DNA of 64,000 bases from Chiloscyllium plagiosum (lineage: Eukaryota): NCBI RefSeq assembly GCF_004010195.1, contig NC_057718.1, positions 68,310,401 through 68,374,400 of the forward strand, written 5' to 3'. Below, piece after piece: positions 48,441 through 61,407 of the stretch; within the stretch, counting starts at the first letter, position 1; each line of letters starts with the position of its first letter. The translations under genes were made by a program, and so were the position numbers. The notes below the pieces were generated by a model that was not told where the DNA came from, did not search any database, and saw nothing but the letters and a program-made list of their open reading frames with translations.

Positions 48441-50470
48441 AGTCGTAGCACCTGCAGTTTCTTGCCTTGCCTTAACTCCCACAGCAGCCTGGTATGCAGT
48501 TCATCCAGACCAGGGGATTTGTCTGTTTTCAATTCTGACAGGGTGTCTAATATCTCCAAATTTTCCTATGTCAAACTATACAAGTTCCTCATAGACCCTT
48601 TTCCTGAATTCCATAAATACATTTTTTTCAGGAGTGAAGACTGAAGCGAAATATTCATTCAATGCCCTTTCAGTATCTTGTGGCTTTGCACACAAGTTGC
48701 TCTTTTGTCCCTAATAGATTCTACTCTTTATCTGGTTAACTTCTTCCCCTTAATGTATTTATAAAATATCTTAGGACTGTCCCTAATCCTGTTTGCAAGT
48801 TCTCTTTCATGCCCTTTTTTTTTTGCTCCTCTTGTTGTTTTCTTAAGTTCCCTCTTGCACTTCCTGTATTCCTCTATGGCCGCAGCTGAATTGCTCCCCT
48901 TGGACTTGATAAAAGCCCTGCTCCTCTTCTTTATCTAGTCCGAAGTAGTCCTAGACATCCAGGCTTCTCTGAATTTACTGCTCCCTGTAAAGGGTATAAA
49001 TAGCACTCTTGGACCTGCACTCTCCTCACCTCCTCTTAGAGTATCCCCACCCCAACAATTCCTCCGCTGCAAGGTGCTGTTTCCACTCTACTATGGCCAG
49101 ATGCTGCTTTAATTGAATAAAATCTGCTTTTCCCCACCTCCCAATCCAAAGCCGTCTGTTGCAGGCCATTCTTTTCCTTGTCCAGAATAAATTTGAACCG
49201 TACCATGTTGTGGTCACTAGAACTTAAATATTCCATTAAACACTTGTGTGGCTTCTTTCCCCAGAACCAGATCCAGCACTGTGCCATTCCATGTTAGGCC
49301 TTCTACGTATTGAGGTTTTAAAAAAAAACTCCTCTGGATGCATTTCGAGAAATCTGTCCCCCTCTAAACCCTTAACGCTTACTATCCCAATTTACGTTGG
49401 GAAAGTTGAAATCCCCTTGCATAATTACCTGATTATTACTCTTCTGCACCCCTGAATTGTCTACATATTTGCTGTTCTCCCTCTTGCTGACTCTTTCTTT
49501 GGCGGCGTATTATAACTCTCAGCAAAGTAGCTGCCCCCTTCACATTCCTAAATTCTGTCAACAAAGCTGCATTTGAAGATCCTTCCAAGATGTCATCTCT
49601 CCTTATTGAACTAAGGGCAGGCACGGTGGCTCAGTGGTTAGCACTGCTGCCTCACAGCACCAGGGTCCCAGGTTTGATTCCAGCCTTGGGTGACTGTCTG
49701 TGGAGTTTGCACATTCTCCCCATGTCTGTGGGTTTCCTCCGGGTGCTCCGGTTTCCTCCCACAATCCAAAGATGTGCAGGTTAGGTGAATTGGTAATGCT
49801 AAATTGCCCGTAGTGTTAGGTGCATTAGTCAGAGGGAATTGGGCCTGGGTGGGTTACTCTTCGCAGGGTCGGTGTGGACTTGTTGGGTCGAAAGGCCTGT
49901 TTCCACACTGTAGGGAATCTAATCTAATCTAATTGACTCCTTTGATAGTGCTACACCACATTACCCTTTTTTTTTATATACCTTTCTCTGGCCGAAAAAT
50001 CCTATGCCCCGGAATGTCGAGTTGCCAGTCCAGCCCTTTCCTAAATCATGTTTCTAATGAGGTCAACACTATCATACTTCCATGTGCTAATCCATGCCAT
50101 TAACTCATCAATCGTACCTGTTACACTCCTAGCATTAAAGACCATCCAGCTTTGCCTTACTCTTTTGACACTCAACATAGCTGAACTCACTGTGAAGTGC
50201 TATCTTGTTTGTAGAATATGTTTCTGTTTCATCAATATTCTGTAACCACTCCCCCTGCCAGATGAATTTAAACTCCTCCCAATAGCACGAGCAATCCTAC
50301 CTGGAAGGATGTTGGTCTCAATGTGGTTGAGGTGCAGACTGTCCCAGTTGTACATATCCTGCCTTCCACAAAAATGGTCGTAGTGGTCCAGGAATCTAAA
50401 ACCTTCCCTCTTGCACCAACTCTTGAGCCATATGTTCATCTGTCCTATTTCCTTATTTCCAAACTCATTA
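48440..50470 (-). mobile_element. CR1 ORF1-end / endonuclease fragment
   Basis: MNIWLKSWCKREGFRFLDH..DSLHLN (ORF1 esterase) and SSDHNMVRF (EN). Confidence 0.8.
49615..49932 (+). mobile_element. HE1-type SINE
   Basis: Full HE1 layout with (AATCT)n tail. Confidence 0.9.
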
Positions 50471-51464
50471 GCATGTGGTACTGTATTAGGTTCTTTTTCT
50501 TGAGATATTTACACAATTGATGAAACTGCAATCTGCCAACTTCTGTGAACAGTCAAAATTTTGTTTGATAATTTTAAAAAGGACCTAGTGTTGTATAATG
50601 TAAAAACAAAATCTGTCCTCTTACTTAGCCCACAAAGCACACTGAATTGAGATCCTAATTTAAATAAGGCAAAACCGTTACTTAAAATGATATTGAGTTT
50701 CACCCCCACAATTCCTGCGAAATAAAATCCGTTCCCTGTAATTACAAATATTCTGCCAATTCACTCCTTATTCCCTGAATAAAGACCGGTTGTATCAGGT
50801 CATTATTCTTCTTGGGATTAAAACAAAATGCTGGAGATCTTTAGCATGGCTTTCCCTTCCATTTTTCAACAGTTTCAACCCTTGCAAGTTTGACTGCTGT
50901 AAGCATCTTCAAATTTTGACCATACCCGGTGGACACAGACAACTAAAACTTCAACTAGCAAAGAGGTATCACTTAATATTTCAGAAACAAATCTGGGTTT
51001 TGATTGACCCATTGTGTCATAATAATCAACCTTTTCCAAGTGTATTTCCTGTCTACTGTCAGTTTATTGTTTAATTTACAGTCACAAAGCTCATCAAGAA
51101 TTCTGTCTAGACTTGTGCAAATAAAACCTGTAATAGGAATGCTTGTCATATTTTTAAAGTTTCAACTTCCTAACTTATCTCTATATACTGGTTCAGTGTC
51201 TTTAGTCTCCACGCCTGACCTCTGCATGGGGGATTTCCCCTCTTAACAACTGGTCCAAGGCAGGGTAATTGAGACAAACACAGTAATTATCCTTATGTAC
51301 TATGCTCCGGAGCCTCAAACCTCATCACTGGGGGACTCTAATCTCCCTCAGTAACTTATGATATTGAAGGCAAACTCGTTGACGTGCAAGGGCGTAAGTT
51401 ACCTCAGATTCCGTCACCACAGAGTCCTAGGGGACGAGGGGTCGACTGAGTGGTAGGTTAAGGA

Positions 51465-51825
51465 AGACCAACCAACCTAACCACCCCGTAGCCCAACACT
51501 TTAACTCCCCCTCCCACTCCACCAAGGACATGCAGGTCCTTGGACTCCTCCACCCCACTCCGGCCTCCACCCCACTCCGGCCCGACTCCTCCACCCCACT
51601 CCGGCCCCCACCCCACTCCGGCCTATCACCCTCACCTTGGCCTCCCTCCACCTATCGCATTTCCAAAGCCCCTCCCCCAAGTCCCTCCTCCCTACCTTTT
51701 ATCTTAGCCTGCTGGATACACTTTCCTCATTCCTGAAGAAGGGCTTATGCCCGAAACGTCGATTCTCCTGTTCCTTGGATGCTGCCTGACCTGCTGCGCT
51801 TTCCAGCAACACATTTTCAGCTCTG
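51465..51825 (+). mobile_element. Penelope 3' fragment with intact hammerhead motif
   Basis: HPVAQHFNSPSHSTKDMQVLGLLH, short ccaccccactccggcc repeats, then the terminal region. Confidence 0.85.
51726..51766 (+). ncRNA. Minimal type-I hammerhead ribozyme motif (Penelope-associated)
   Basis: CTGAAGA(51733-51739)-A-GGGC/TTAT/GCCC stem II-GAAA-CG-TC: conserved core, GUC cleavage triplet, palindromic ACGT stem III. Confidence 0.75.
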
Positions 51826-52449
51826 AAACCACAACATGCCAACTTCTATGAACAACCAAAATTTTATTAGGCAATTACAAGCTTTCTAGATGAACTCTTC
51901 ACACACTTCGCAGGCCGAGTCAAAGGTCTCTCTGAACAAATGAAACTGTTCTTCCTTTACACAAAATTTTTACATCGCAGTCAATAATGCCCATAAGACA
52001 ATCGCCAGCCACTCCTCCACAGTCAGATGCCACTCAAGATGCAATGCAGTGACCTGATCATCTCCAGAAACAAAAAGTAAATCATCCCTTAATGGCCAGA
52101 TCTGTTTGAATCTTTTTTAACTGCAGGGAGTAGTCAGAATTTTAATTGCAATGTTCTGATTGATTCTGAATAGGAGCTGATGACAATATAGATTCTTTTA
52201 CTCAAAATGGCTCTGAATGGCAAGAGATGGGAATGTAAATTTCTTACATTCTACCTGTAAGACAGAGACATGCCACCCTATTCCCGGGATCTCTAGGTCA
52301 GCAGAGCAAATTAATATTGCACCTGGAGTAATCCAGAGATTACAGCCATTGAGGTACTGCTTTTTACTCGACTGCCTAACTCCCTTAACTCTTGATGGTA
52401 ACTCATTTCCTGCTTTGCAAATATCATGTATCAACATGTATCACAACCT

Positions 52450-53599
52450 TTTAACTTCCGTGGCTATCCCCATTTCACACAAGTATGCTGTTTTGGAAAA
52501 TTTAAGGGGTGAAGGGGAATGTAGCACAAACGGCCAAATTTCTGTTATTTACACCGGCTTTAATGTAATGAGGGGTATGTCAGGATCCAACGGATCGATT
52601 TGTGATAGGGGACTGACTAGTCAGAGGCACAGAGAGATGTTTCAGTGGCCAGCAGCCAAAAATCAGAGTGGTGTGTTGCCTCCATGGTCAAGGATGTCTC
52701 TGAGGGTGCAGAAAGGGGAGACGGGTCAGCAGGAGGTCATTGGTTCCAATATGTACAATGACATAGGAAGGAAAAGCGAGGGAGAATGTGGAAAGTTAGG
52801 CAGGAGTTTAAAAAGGAGGCCCTCTAGGGTAGTAATATCTGGAATACTTCCACTGCAATGAGCTATTGGGGGTAGGTACAGGAGGATAGAGCAGATGACT
52901 GCCTGGCTGAGGAGCTGGTGCATGGGAGAAGGGTTCACCTTTTTGGATCATTGGAATCTTTTCTGGGGTAGAAGTGGGATGGATTGCACCTGAATTCGAA
53001 GGGGACTAATATACTGGCAGAGATTTGCTAGAGCTGCTCGGGAGGATTTTAAACTAGTAAGGTGGGGTGCGGTGGGACCCAGGGAAATAGTGAGGAAAGA
53101 GATCAACCTGAAACTGGAACAGTTGGGAAAGTGAGCGAGTCAAACAGTCAGGATAGGAAGGAACAAAACAGAGAACAAGGTAGAACTGATAAATTAAACT
53201 GCTTTTACTTCAATGCAAGAGGCCTAACAGGGAAGGCAGAGGACCTCAGGGCATGGTTAAGAAAATGGGACTGAGAATATCATACCAATTACAGAAACAT
53301 GGGTCAGGGAGGGACAGGACTGGCAGTTGAATGTTCCAGGATACAAATGCTACAGGAAGGATAGAAATGGGGGCAAGAGAGGAAGGGGAGTGGTGTTTTT
53401 GGTAAGGAATAGCATTAATGCTGTACTTAGGGAGGATATTCCTAGGTGGAACTGAGAATGATCACCTTACATCATTGTATTGTATTGTAGGCCCCTACAA
53501 GAGATTGTATTATAGGCCCCTAATGGTCAGTGGGAAATTGAAAAACTTGTAAGGAGCTTTCAATAAGAAAAATAGGGTGGTTATGGTAGGGGATTTTAA
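52450..53599 (+). mobile_element. CR1 ORF1 + start of ORF2 (continues after the L1 at 59039)
   Basis: RVVISGILP, WLRSWC, CFYFNARGLTGK, and VVMVGDF| at the L1 junction. Confidence 0.85.
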
Positions 53600-56500
53600 A
53601 AAAATATTTTTAGTTAATTTTTCTTTACTGTACTACTTTACAAATCAATAAATAAATAATGCTGCTCAGTGCAACAAGATCATAGCTCTCAACATTTTGA
53701 GAGCATCAATTATTAAACCCATATTTGTTTGACATTCTTACTGTCATGGCCTTGGGTTTATCAGAACAAACCATCATGTCTAGACAAAAGTGCTAATCAA
53801 AATGGCACTCAGATCTGCTTTCAAGTAATTCAAAAGGGGCTGCCACGTCTTGTAAAAGTTGTCTGTTTTCTGGTGCACCATATTTGTATGAAAGTCGAAA
53901 GGAATGTGTTTCATAATTAACTTTGCTCCTGGTCCGCCGGTGTGGCTAAGAGATTGGGTCCCCCTTGACTTCGGTCCCCAAGACCCCCACTATTACTCCT
54001 GCCACAGTACTCCCAATGCGCACGGAGCCTGTGGGAAGACCGCAAACAGTGAGTGAGGGTACCTGTGTTTATTTTATATTTAGGGAACATTGAAGATGCT
54101 CCCTGATTAAATTTCACAAGACGATCTGGGGCCAGATGAGCCCTATGAAGAATCTTTAATTGCAGAGCATGGGTCATAGTACATATCAAAAGCCTCTTTA
54201 CATTTTCTCAAATGACCTCCCATGTTTAAGAAGTGATTTCAACTCCTAATTCTCTCTCCCAGACCTCATGTAAATACTCGATGTCACCCGAGGCACCTCC
54301 CCCTAATAAATGATGTAGTGCACTCGGTGAGAGTGCTCTTAGCCTGAAGCACCCTCTTTTCCGTATCAGATCTATAACACTCAGTAAAAAGTATGGTCTC
54401 CTTTCGGATAAAATCTCTAATTTGAAAGAAACTGAAGAGGTCCCTACTCGACAATCCATATTTGAGTTATTTGACCAAGCGACATCAACGTTTCACCCTC
54501 AAACAGATCATCCTGGTCGGAAACTTGGCATGCCAACTATGGGAGTAAGAAATTATGTTTCAGACATCTTACCCTCCATCTGCCTCATTGCACTTCATGC
54601 TTTGACAGCGTTAGTAACTATTGGATTATGGCAGTGTTCTGCAACTGTCCTTGTTTTGTCTAAAAACAACAGGTTGATAAAAGGACACTTTGTCTGGGTG
54701 GCCTTACTGTCCAACCATGTTGACGCTGAGCCCCCATAGGCCCAGTCACTTTTAAAAGATAGTAAGGAGCTCTGTTGATATCATCTAATGTTTGGGAGGT
54801 CCACTCCCACCAATCCCTGGGGCATTTGCAGTTCGCAAGCTTAATAAGGGGCCGCTTATAATACCAAATAAAAGAACTAAACCAGCCATTTAATTTCTGA
54901 AATGTTTGCCTAGGAAAGAACAAAGGGAACATCTGCAAAGGGTACAATAAGTGAGGAAGAACATTCATTTTGATCAGAGCGACTCAGCCCTAACCGTGAT
55001 ATTGGAAGGGCCCCCCATCTTTGAAGGTCTTGTTTAATCTTGTCAAATAACTGATCAAAGCTAGGGGTAACAGAGAGGCCCAAGTAAAGAAAACCTCTGT
55101 GCCCACTTAAAGGGAAACCCACCTTCCAAGCCAGGTATTCCTCTAAGACCTCTCATAGGTATAGCCTCCGACTTTGAAAAATTGATCTTGTAACCTGAGA
55201 AAGAACCAAGTGAATTAATAGTGTATCAAACAGGGCACCGAAACTGCTGGGGTTGAAAGAAAAGTAAGACCATCTTCCGTGTATAGTGAAATCTTTTGCA
55301 CCTTCGACCCCACCTTTTGGGGCAGCTATATTGGAGTCCTTACAAATGGCCTCCGCCAACGGCTCAATGTTAAAATTATCAGACCTTTAATACCATTAGT
55401 GAGAACCGCTGCCAGAGGATCACTGTAAAGGATCCTTACTCATCTAGTAAACACTTCCCCGAGGCCAAACCTCTCCACAGTGTAAAGAAGATACAGCCAT
55501 TCTACCCGATCAAATGCCTTCTCTGCACCTAAAGAGGCCACCAGCCTATGAACCGATCGCTGCCGGCACTCTTGAATCATGTTAAGCAACCTCCTTACAT
55601 TATTAGAGCATCTGTGACCCTTTTATAAAGCCTGTCTGATCTTCTTTAACATTAGAGGGCAATACCCCTTCCAACCACAATGCCACAGTCTTAGACAAAA
55701 GTTTTTAAAAACAGAATTTAAGAGCGAGATAGGTCTATAAGAAGCACAGTCCTCCAGGGCCTTCCCTTTCTTGAGGATACGAGAGATATTGGCCTCTTTC
55801 AAGAATGGCAGGAGGCAATCATGACTGTGAATAGTTATCGTGTTTAACATCAGTCCTGACAGTATGTTTATAAATTCTTTATAAAGCTCACTAGGAAGAC
55901 CATCAGGGCCAGGTGCCTTTCCACTTTGAAGTTGCCTCACCACCTCCTGTAACTGTTGTGCTGTTAATGGAGCACTGAGGAGAGACACCTGCTCAGCAGG
56001 CATCCAAGAAAGATCCAAGTTATATACTCCATTTTATCCCATCTTTCCTCACAACATTCAGACTGATACAGTTCAGAATAGAATCTCCGAAATTCCGCAT
56101 TGATCTTTTAGCATTATAAGTAAGAGTCCCATTTCCTTCCCAAATAGAAGCAATAGATTGGGAGGCATTCTTCTTCCGAATCAGATATATTAAATATTTA
56201 CTCGGCCTATCATTACACTCAAATAACCTTTGCTTTGCAAAAGAAAGTTCCTTCCTGGCTGTATGCGTAAGCATGGAGTTTAAGGTCGATCAAAGGGCTG
56301 CAGCTTAGTCACTGACAGTCTTTAATGATATGCTATCTCAAGTGCTTTCAATTGTGCCTCGAGCAGGCGCTGTGGCTGTCCTGGCACTTCTGACTGGCTG
56401 AGTACGAGATAATTATCCCTCTAGCATAGGCCTTAGCAGTCTCCCAAAGAATGGATGGATTACTAGCTGTGCCCGAGTTGGTAGCCAAAAATGCCTCAAG

Positions 56501-59038
56501 TTCCCTAGAAAAGTACTCAATGAATTTGCTGTCCTTGAGGATGAAGGGATCCATTTGCCAGTACTGTGAGCTCACTTGCATTTCCTTTAATCTCGACCAC
56601 TTGGTATACTGTGTGTGATTAGAGATGGCAATATTCCCAATTGAATAAGATACCACTGAATCTAGAAGAGCTGCGGAGTTAGGAAAAAAATCGACCCTCG
56701 TTGGGCAATTATGAGGACTGGAAGAGAACGTAAAATCCCTGCCCGTACCCCAAACTACTACCAACCCCAGTTCCACACATAGATCACCCAACTGTTCAGA
56801 TTGTGGACAAAGCTTTGGGGGGGGCCTTTAGGCATTTTATCCAGCACTGGATCCATTAGGCAACTAAAGTCCCTCCCAATGATAATATGCCACGACGCAA
56901 AGGCCATCAGCTTAGAGACTGCATCAGTCAAGCATTTAAGGGGCTAGGCTGGAGGACAATAGACATTCAAAATACCATATTCCTTGCCATGTATCAGGGC
57001 CTTAAGGGTAACAAACCGGCCGTATTTATCTTTGACACACTCTATTAAATTAAATGGAAGATTCTTGTAGATGACTATGGCCAACCCCCTGCTCTTAGTG
57101 TTAAAGGATGAAAAAGAAATCCCGATCAAACCTGTCCTGCTGTAACTTCAAGTGTTCCTTGTCATTAAGATGAGTCTCCTGCAACAGGGCAACATCCACC
57201 CTCTCCTTTTTTGAGGCTTGACTTTACCTTTTTCCTTTTATCTGGCAAAGGGATCTCTCTAATATTCCAGGTGCACCATTTAAGAACGCTATTAGCCATG
57301 ATCCTTTACCTTCCTGACGAAGGACTTATGCCCGAAACGTCGATTCTCCTGCTCTTCAGATACTGCCTGACCTGCTGTGCTTTTCCAGCATACAGACTCG
57401 ACTCTAACTGCAAAGCACAAAAGTCATTTAATGGAGGACTTTGCCCCCTGCCTATTGAGAGCACTTACACATCCCACACACCTCCATTCCCCAGTCCAGC
57501 TCAAACAGCACCCCAGACTCAAACAATAGAAGGAAACTGAAAAAATAGTGAGCACTACACTCATCCCAAATTATATATCAATGCCAATCCTAATCTGAGG
57601 AAAAAAAACATACGAACAGTAGCTTCTTTAAGAAAAAGGTAACATTACAAGAAACATAGCAAGAGAAAAAAATCCCAAACATCATTGTCCATGTCTACAA
57701 ATTCATCCAAATTATTTTAACGCGTTCAAGAAACTTTTCACTTGTTCAGAGGAGTCAAATGACTGTGCTTCTCCTCCTGAGTAATACAAAGTACCGCTGG
57801 GTATCTTATCGAATATTGAATATCAAGGTCCCTTAATTTTCACTTTACCTCATCAAATGATTTCCTTTTACGGATCTTTGCTGCAGAGAAGTCCTGGTAA
57901 AACATTATCTTAGTTCCCTGATTAGTCAGGGTCTGTGGATTTTTCTCCATCCTTCAAGAAGATTCCAGAACATTCTGCTTGTCCCTCTAGCTTTGAAATC
58001 TTACCAGGACCAGGTGGGGGTGCCGGTCGAGACTGGATCTGTGCAACGCAACCCGGTGAGCTCTGTCAACCTTCACCTGATCTGCCTTGACATCCCAGCC
58101 AAGAAACTGTGGCAGCTAGTCTTCAAAAAAGCTTGCTAGGTGCCCACCTTCCACTCCTTCTGGCAGCCCAACGACCCTGATATTTTTCTTCTTACCTCAA
58201 TTTCCAGATCATTGACCTATTCAGTCAAGGTCCAGACCTGTCTTTCAAGGGCACGGATCCGCCCGCTGAGGACTCAATCTTGGTCTCTGATGCCGCAGTC
58301 TGCCACTCATCCTCTTAAACTCACTTCCTGAGCCCTTCCAACTCCTTCTCATGCTTTTGTAGCATGACTGAAATCAGCTCCATCCAATTACGATTGTCTT
58401 CCATCAACTCCTTCTTCATCTCTCTGATTGATTGTCTCGAGTTCTTCAGCGACGTTCTGTGCAAGTGCCTCTTTCTTGGTTGCTGAGGGAGCTGCAGCTG
58501 CATCGGCAGTCACAGTCCCGGGCCTGCCTGATGCCTTCAGTGAGTGTCCTGTGTGTTGGGGCTTGGCTGTATTCTTTCCTTTCATCATCCTTGCTTGCTC
58601 AAAAAGATGTTACAGTAGAACCTTTGACTATCTGAACATCAACCATCTGAATCCTGGACTATCTGAACAAGATCTCAAGGCCCTGCAAAAACTGCATCCG
58701 GCAACCCAGCATTCAGCTATCAGTTAAACGGCATTATGGCATGCATTGCCAATAATCGAGAGATGTTGATAACCAGCAACTCTTGGTTAACTGGCACTAT
58801 GGCGTGCATTGCCAGATAATTGAGAAATGCTTGAACAACTGGCACTTGTAGATTACTGCTTGTTTCCAGTCAGCCGAATGACCAATCATTCAAACAAAAT
58901 ACTCCCCTCCTGACTCACTCAGACAATAGAGACCCTAACACAAATTGATTTGAACGGTGTTTTAACCATTTAACAACAATTTTCTCCAAATGAAAAGTAA
59001 GGTGCTTGGATTGCTGCCATCTTGGATTCCCCACCCCC
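53600..59038 (-). mobile_element. Near full-length degenerate L1-clade LINE
   Basis: ORF1 relic from ~58588. ORF2 from ATG 57299 (MANSVLKWCTWNIR): EN (KSRGLAI, DKYGRFV, LNVYCP), LWETAKAYARG, RT (SGKAPGPDGLPSELYK, SYRPISLLN, MNVLPHLLY). Diverged 17-bp TSD atggtaggggattttaa / atggtacaggactttaa (14/17 identical). Confidence 0.9.
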
Positions 59039-59224
59039 ATGGTACAGGACTTTAATTTTCCAAACATAGACTGGGACTACCATACTGTTAGGTTTTAGGT
59101 GGAAAGGAATTTGTTCTTGTACACACTTAACATTTTCTGATTCTTTGTATCTACTAGAGAGGCAGTAAAACTTGACCTATGCTTAGGAAAGAAGGCAGGG
59201 TAGGAGACTGAGGTGTCAGTGAGG

Positions 59225-60105
59225 GGTGAAATGTGATGAGGATGTTAGGAAATTACAGGGTGACCTGGACAAGTTAGGTGAGTGGGCAGATGCAGTTTAA
59301 TGTGGATAAATGTATGGTTATCCACTTTGGTGGCAAGAACAGGAAGGCAGATTACTACCTCGTTGGAATCAATTTAGGTAAAGGGGCAGTCTAGAGAGAT
59401 CTGGGTGTTCTTGTACACCAGTCAATGAAGGCAAGCATGCAGGTACAGCAGGTAGTGAAGAAGGCTAATAACATGCTGGCCTTCATAACAAGAGGGATTG
59501 AGTATAAAAGCAAAGAGGTGCTTCTGCAGCTGTACAGGGCACTGGTGAGACCACACCTGGAGTACTGTGTGCAGTTCTGGTCTCCAAATTTGAGGAAAGA
59601 CATTCTGGCTATTGAGGGAGTGCAGCGTAGGTTCACGAGGTCAATTCCTGGAATGGCGGGATTACCTTACACTGAAAGACTGAAGCGACTGGGCTTGTAT
59701 ACCCTTGAGTTTAGAAGACTGAGAGGGGATCTGATTGAGACGTATAAGATTATGAAAGGATTGGATACTCTGGCAGCAGGAAACATGTTTCCGCTGATGG
59801 GTGAGTGCCGAACCAGAAGACACAGCTTAAAAATACGGGGTAGACCATTTAGGACAGAGATGAGGAGAAACTTCTTCACTCAGAGAGTGGTGGCTGTGTG
59901 AAATGCTCTGCCCCAGAGGGCAGTGGAGGCCCAGTCTCTGGATTCATTTAAGAGATGGATAGAGCTCTCAAAGATAGTGGAATCAAGGGTTATGGAGATA
60001 AGGCAGGAAGAGGATACTGATTAGGAATGATCAGCCATGATCATATTGAATGGCGGTGTAGGCTCGAAGGGCTGAATGGCCTACTCCTGCACCTATTGTC
60101 TATTG
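59225..60105 (+). mobile_element. Relatively young CR1 3' fragment
   Basis: Uninterrupted 158-aa ORF 59425-59901 (LLQLYRALVRPHLEYCVQFWSP...RRNFFTQRVV) plus 3' UTR. Confidence 0.92.
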
Positions 60106-60398
60106 CATTTTGGGGCTAACAACCATAATTCTATTAGTTTTAAAATAGTGATGGAAAAAGATAGACTGGATCTAAAAGTCGAAGTTCTACATGGGAGGTA
60201 GGCTAATTTGACGGTATTAGCTGATTGGGGCAAAAGTTCACCGGTGGAAGGATAGCTGAAAAAGGGAAGCCTTCACAAATGAGAACTAGAATCTAGAGAC
60301 AGTATATTCCTTTTTGGGTGAAAGGAAAGGCTGGGAGGTTTGTGGAATGCTGGATGACTAGAGAAATTGAGGTTTTGGTTAAGAAAATAAAGGAAGCA

Positions 60399-60500
60399 TT
60401 ACATTACATTACATTACATTACATTACATTACATTACATTACATTACATTACATTACATTACATTACATTACATTACATTACATTACATTACATTACATT
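60399..60500. repeat. (TTACA)n pentanucleotide microsatellite attached to a SINE head fragment (60501-60590, minus)
   Basis: About 20 perfect TTACA units; the same unit occurs in the tail of the SINE at 9307. Confidence 0.95.
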
Positions 60501-61407
60501 AACGTGCAAACTCCACACAGTCAGTCGCCTGAGGCGGGAATTGAACCCTGGTCTCCAGCGCTGTGAAGCAGCAGTGCTAACCACTGTGCCATATGTCAGG
60601 AGAGATTGAGTGAATCCTTAAGAGTATAAAGGCAGTAGGAATACACTTAAGAGGGAAATCAGGAGGGCAAAAAGGGGATATGAGATACCTTTGGCAAATT
60701 GGGGTTAAGGAGAATCCAAAAGGATTTTATAAATACATTAAAAGACAAAAGGTTAACTAGGGAGAGAATAGGGCCCCTCAAAGATTAGCAAGGCAGCCTA
60801 TGTGTGGCGATGCAGGAGATGGGAAGATATTAAACGAGTATTTTGCATCAGTGTTTACTGTGGAGCAGGAGATGGAGCAGGAGAATGTGGGGAAATAAAT
60901 GGTGACATCTTGAAAAATGTCCATATTTCAGAGGAGGAGGTGCTGGATATCTTGAAACGCATAAAGGTGGATAAATCCCCAGGACCTGATCAGACGTACT
61001 CTAGAACTCTGTGGGAAGCGAAGGAAGTGATTGCTGTGCCTCTTGCTGAGATATTTGTATCATCGATAATCACATGTGAGGTGAAGGAGGTTGGCTACTG
61101 TGGTACCACTATTTAAGAAAGGTGGTAAGGAAAAGCTGGTGAGCCTGAAATGGGTGGTGTGCAAGTTGTTGGAGAGAATCCTGAGGGATAGGATGTACAT
61201 GTATTTGGAAAGGCAAGGACTGATTAGGGATAGTCAGCATGGCTTTGTGCGTGGGAAATCATGCTCACGAACTTGAGTTTTTATTTTGAAGAAATATCAA
61301 AGAGGATTGATGAGGGCAGAGTGATGGACATGATCTATTTGGACTTCAGTGAGGCAATCGACAAGGTTCCCCATGGGAGACTGGTTAGCAAGGTTAAATC
61401 TCATGGA

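Noticed and set aside
52217..52861. 214-aa ORF as a host gene
   Set aside because: The distal part is frameshifted CR1 ORF1 sequence; no splice or domain support.
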